Origin: Cyclobacteriaceae bacterium
GTDB lineage: Bacteria; Bacteroidota; Bacteroidia; Cytophagales; Cyclobacteriaceae
DNA length: 64,000 nt
Assembly (NCBI GenBank): GCA_016786495.1
Contig: JAEUUJ010000082.1
Location: 15,365 to 79,364, forward strand
Direction: 5' to 3'
The notes under the pieces were generated by a model. That model did not search any database and was not told the origin of the DNA. It saw nothing but the letters and a program-made list of their open reading frames with translations. Shown in pieces: positions 63,440 through 64,000 of the stretch. Within the stretch, counting starts at the first letter, position 1, and each line of letters starts with the position of its first letter. The position numbers were made by a program, and so were the translations under genes.

Positions 63440-64000
63440 TCAGGAGGTTTTATTTCTTGCCGCCTTGTTCTTTTCGATTGATTGAAGCATAAAGTTTCGA
63501 AGGAACCCTTCTACCGGAAGAACGAGGAACGCGACAAAAACCTGAAGAATGAAGTCGAGCACCGGGCCGCTGTTCAGCGAAATAATAGATCCTGCAAAGG
63601 TCTGGATAAACTCGATCAGAATAATGATCGATAACAACGACAACAATCTGCTGACAAGATTGTACCGATGGCTCAAGCGGAATGACAGCAACACCAGCGA
63701 AGCAAAAAGGGCAAATTCAAGTGCGTAGAACCAAACGCGTTTCCAATACGGAGGCAGCACCTCTACCTTAACAGGCTCCATGTCACTTTCCTTTCCGAAA
63801 ATGTCTTTTGATTGAACCTTCAGTGTGTATTCACCCGGAGGCAGGTAAGGAAACACGAATTCATAATCCTTGTTCGACCAGGCCGACCATTCGGTATGAA
63901 GTCCTTCCAGGAAATACCTGTACTCCACAGCATTCGCGCCAATGTAATCGGGTTTCACCACGCTTACTTTCAGGGAACTGTTTTCCTGATCCACCTCTAT
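63440..64000 (-). CDS. Partial CDS (3' end; continues beyond window): periplasmic Y_Y_Y-type sensor domain + 3 TM helices, no kinase domain
   Basis: The frame stays open to position 64000. VEYRYFLEGLHTEWSAWS...PGEYTLKVQSKD is the Y_Y_Y domain of propeller-type sensors. Three hydrophobic helices follow, then a stop. Confidence 0.7.
   Translation of the reverse strand: MEVDQENSSLKVSVVKPDYIGANAVEYRYFLEGLHTEWSAWSNKDYEFVFPYLPPGEYTLKVQSKDIFGKESDMEPVKVEVLPPYWKRVWFYALEFALFASLVLLSFRLSHRYNLVSRLLSLLSIIILIEFIQTFAGSIISLNSGPVLDFILQVFVAFLVLPVEGFLRNFMLQSIEKNKAARNKTS

Noticed and set aside
1-64000. Search for tRNA/rRNA genes, CRISPR arrays, IS elements, integrases or phage genes
   Set aside because: No T-loop-like GGTTCGA/GTTCAAATC motifs occur in intergenic DNA, and no spaced direct repeats were seen. 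No ORF has transposase, integrase or phage-like motifs. All gaps above 100 nt were read individually.

Overview
The window looks like a gene-dense chromosomal (core, not accessory) segment of a Bacteroidota genome, probably Cytophagia/Sphingobacteriia-like. This is inferred from a GldB-type gliding lipoprotein, many SpII/SpI-exported envelope proteins, AsmA-family, patatin-Omp85 and TolB-like OmpA proteins, and the absence of obvious Shine-Dalgarno sites. I call 52 protein-coding genes, two of them truncated at the window edges. About 80% are on the minus strand, often with 1-4 nt start/stop overlaps. Recognisable housekeeping genes are gdhA, rluD, tag, prmA, tpiA, polA, hutF/hutG, several peptidases (M28, M23, M20, M1, S9), a DsbD-type reductase, an ALDH, an acyl-CoA ligase and a GMC oxidoreductase with a Tat small subunit. 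I found no rRNA, tRNA, CRISPR array, transposase, integrase or phage gene, and only a few convincing intrinsic terminators. No classical defence or mobile system is visible. The candidates I rank highest for uncharacterised biology are listed here. (1) A 1,593-aa exported protein with no recognisable family. (2) A bare 2-TM pore-loop protein with a non-canonical filter, translationally coupled to a PLP dehydratase. (3) A long minus-strand array: split periplasmic sensor, cytosolic multi-PAS kinase, DinB, PBP4, a periplasmic GH3 with a coiled-coil tail, and a membrane-anchored coiled-coil protein. (4) A sensor-less kinase and a lone receiver arranged tail-to-tail beside two divergent 'soluble domain + small beta-barrel' proteins, one of them markedly AT-rich. 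(5) A recurring habit of convergent genes sharing a 4-nt stop/stop overlap, together with plus-oriented terminator-like hairpins inside minus-strand operons. All functional calls rest on motifs read by eye and on recalled family knowledge. No database search was run.
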